Shown piece after piece: positions 61,035 through 64,000 of a DNA stretch of 64,000 nucleotides. This DNA comes from the human T2T-CHM13v2.0 reference genome, Homo sapiens. The first letter of the stretch is position 1; every line of letters starts with the position of its first letter. The notes under the pieces are model-generated. The model ran no database searches. It was not told where the DNA came from and worked only from the letters and a program-made list of their open reading frames with translations. The position numbers were made by a program, and so were the translations under genes. Location of the stretch: NCBI RefSeq assembly GCF_009914755.1, contig NC_060935.1. One strand, 5' to 3'.

Positions 61035-61410
61035 ATCAGTTTAACAGCTTTTTTGAGGTGTAGTTTATATGCTATAAGATTTACCAGTTTAATATATCAG
61101 TTTCGTGGGTTTTTCAAATATTTACTGAGTTGTGTGGCATCCAACCCTGCAATCTAATTTTAAAACCTTTTCATTTCCCCCAAAGAATTCTTGTACCTAT
61201 TAGCAGTCCTTCCTCATCATCCCTTAGTAGTTCCTCTCCATCACCCCTTACTCCTCCAACTCTAGGCCACCACTGTTCTACTTTCTATAGGTGGACTTGC
61301 CTGTTCTGGAATTTTATATTAAGAATATCATACATAATTGGTCTTTGTAATTGGCCTCTTTCACTTAGCATAATGTATTAATGTATTTGAGGTTCATCCA
61401 TGTTTTAGTA
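61035..61410 (-). mobile_element. L1MB/ME 3' end
   Basis: tttaacagcttttttgaggtgtagtt...ctttcacttagcataatg...gaggttcatccatg. Confidence 0.75.
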
Positions 61411-61832
61411 TGACTGATATTAATTTTTGAATTTAAAACTTTTTTTAAAAAAAGTGAAAACAGCAATTTCAGAATTACTCATCCTTCTGAAGTATATTGC
61501 CCCATGGCTGTGAAGTGGTAATGAATTATAGAGAAATTTTTTCAAGTTAAAAATTACCATGTATTGAGCATCTATGATGGTGCTAGTCACACTATTAGGC
61601 TTTATGTATGTTACATTATATATAAATCCTTATGGCATATGTAATAGGTAGTATTATATTGTTTCTACAAGTGAACAAATTAAATGATATGATCATTGAT
61701 TTTTTGTGTCAATTTACACATGAAAGTGTAAAGTATATATATGTGCAGATGTATACTTTGCAGCTAAAGTTAAAATATGTAAAGTGCTAAAACATTGCTG
61801 TAATACACAGTGAAAATGTCATTCACTGTCTA

Positions 61833-62014
61833 GAGATGTCCAGTAGAACTTTTTGCAGTGATGAGAATGATCTATATCTGTCCTGTCTGTTATGGTATCC
61901 ACTACCACATATGGCTTTTGATTACTTGAGATATGGCTAGGGTGAATGAGGAAACAAATTTTAATATTATTTAATTTAATTAAAATTAAATTAATTTAAA
62001 TTTAAATAACCACA
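61833..62014 (+). mobile_element. MER3 (truncated)
   Basis: tgtccagtagaactttttgcagtgatgagaatgatctatatctg. Confidence 0.8.
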
Positions 62015-64000
62015 CTCTGATTCCAGTCATGATTTGATACCCGTGATAGATTTGCTCTTCCAGTTGGAGAGTGGAAGCAACTTGATCAAAAACATGAACA
62101 AAGTCTATGAAAAAATGGTATGCAAGATCCTGGATATTAAGTATTGAAGGACAGTGTTCCCTGAGATATAGGAAACAAATGTGCTCTACAGTTACCCAAG
62201 CTTACTGTCTAGAGAGAATTTCCAGGCATGGATCAAAGAGGCGTCACTCAGACAAAACCTAGAGGACTTTCTGAGTTGAGGAAATAAAGCTCAAAGTGTA
62301 GGCGGACCATGCTGGATAGAGTTCACAGAACAGGGGACTAGAGAGGAAAGTACTCAGCTGATTACTGAGTAGGGCTTACATGTGAGGAAACTGCTCCAGG
62401 CCAAAGAAGGAACAATCTGAAGAATTAGAGGTTTTTAATTGAGTAGTTAGCACTCAAACAGGAATAGGAATACTGTTTTATTAGCCAGACTGGAAAATCT
62501 CAAAGATTCACATGGCATTGGGTAAAGTACACATAATGTTTTACCTTAGTAATGGGGAATAATTAGCCCTGGATTTCATTTCTTGTTAAAATATCTTAAA
62601 AGCAAGTCTTTAAAAGATCAAACCATTTCCAAGTAACTGTGTCTCACGACAAAGCTCAAGAAAACTTATGGGAATACAAACATAGACAACATCCATTAAG
62701 GTAAAATTTAGAATGGCTGACAGCCAGTAAAAAATTACCACCATGCAATAAGAAATAGGAAAATTTGAGCCATAATGAAGAGATAAATCAGCAAATTAAT
62801 GCCAAATGAGAACTTATAAATATGTTAAATTAGCAGGCAAAGACATTAAAAAGAGTTATCATAACTGAATTTTATAGTTTCAAAAAGTTAGAGATATGGA
62901 AATAGGGGGAAAAAGGAAAAATGAAACTTCTAGAGATGAAAATTAAAATATGTGAGATGAAAAGCTTACTGGATTGTATCAATGGCAGATTATACATTGC
63001 AGAATAAAATATTAGTGAACCTGAAGACATAAGAATAGAGACCATCTAAAATGAAACATAGAGAGAAAAGAGACTTTTTTTTTTTTTTTGAGACAGAGTC
63101 TCATTCCATCACCCAGGCTGGAGTGCAGTGGTGCAATCTCACTCACTGCAACCTCTGTTTCCTGGGTTCAAGCAATTGTCATGTCTCAGTCTCCCAAGTA
63201 GCTGGAATTACAGATATGCACCATTATGACTGACTAATTTTTGTATTTTTAGTGGAGACAGGGTTTTGCCATGTTGGACAGACTGGTCATGAACTCCTGA
63301 CCTCAAGTGATCTGACAACCTTGGCCTCCCAAAGTGCTGGGGTTACAGGGATGAGCCATCGCGCCTGGCCAAGGTTTTGTTTTTTCTTTTTTAATCACCA
63401 AATAAAGATAACATCTGTGAGTTGTGGGTAACCTATTCATGTAGTTGGAGTTCTTGAAGCAGAGGAGAAAGGAGAAGAAAAAATAATGATGAAATAATGA
63501 CTGAAAATTACTCAAATTTAATAGAAACTGTAAACCCACAGATCCAAGTAGCCTAATAATTCCTACTACAGGAAATATTTTGAAGACTACCCCAGGCACA
63601 TCATAACAAATTGTGAAAAGACAATGGAGTGACATTTGTAAACCACTGAAACAGAATGATCCATCAACCCAGAATTCTATACCCAGCAAAAGTATCTTTC
63701 AAAACAAAATGAAAAAACTTTTTGCAGACCTACATTTTTAAGTCAAAGTGATTAAAATATGATGAATTTAGATGTATCTGTACATACATGCACTATGGAT
63801 GACAATAATAGCACAAAGGTCGAGGGCAGAAATGGAAATACATTATTGGAAGATTTGTATTCTATGTGTTAAGTAGTATAATGTCATTTGAATATAGACA
63901 ATTTAGAGATGTGTACTATAAACCATAAAACCAACACTAAAATAAACCAACAAAGGGAATAAAATGGAATTATTGAAAAATACTCAGTTACTGGGGGCAG
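62015..64000 (+). mobile_element. Old L1M 5'UTR/ORF1 remnant, split by an Alu
   Basis: gaaacttctagagatgaaaa...tcaacccagaattctatacccagcaaaagtatctttcaaaa. Confidence 0.72.
63075..63370 (-). mobile_element. AluS
   Basis: Poly-T plus reverse Alu. Confidence 0.94.

Overview
Primate (human-like) non-coding DNA: AT-rich, CpG-poor and dense in Alu, L1, MIR/L2, MaLR/ERVL LTR and MER DNA-transposon relics. There is no intact long CDS, CpG island, rRNA/tRNA gene or CRISPR array. The supplied ORFs are Alu, L1 or low-complexity artefacts. An apparent T>A/G>C skew (judged by eye) and the orientation of the best splice signals suggest introns of a large gene transcribed on the + strand, which I cannot name. 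Highlights: (1) a chain of candidate micro-exons (19, 3 and 11 nt) that join into a stop-free, frame-preserving 33-nt cassette, plus 34- and 55-nt candidates; (2) a cluster of template-switch footprints at 27.0-30.4 kb, including a non-Alu 111-bp near-perfect inverted repeat; (3) a degenerate Cys-rich coding relic resembling an Academ-type transposon zinc finger; (4) a tailless U5 snRNA retrocopy with target-site duplication (TSD); (5) a tail-less LTR-fragment/L1 composite that splits a MIR. Repeat family names come from remembered consensus sequences, not a database search. Boundaries of old repeats are approximate.
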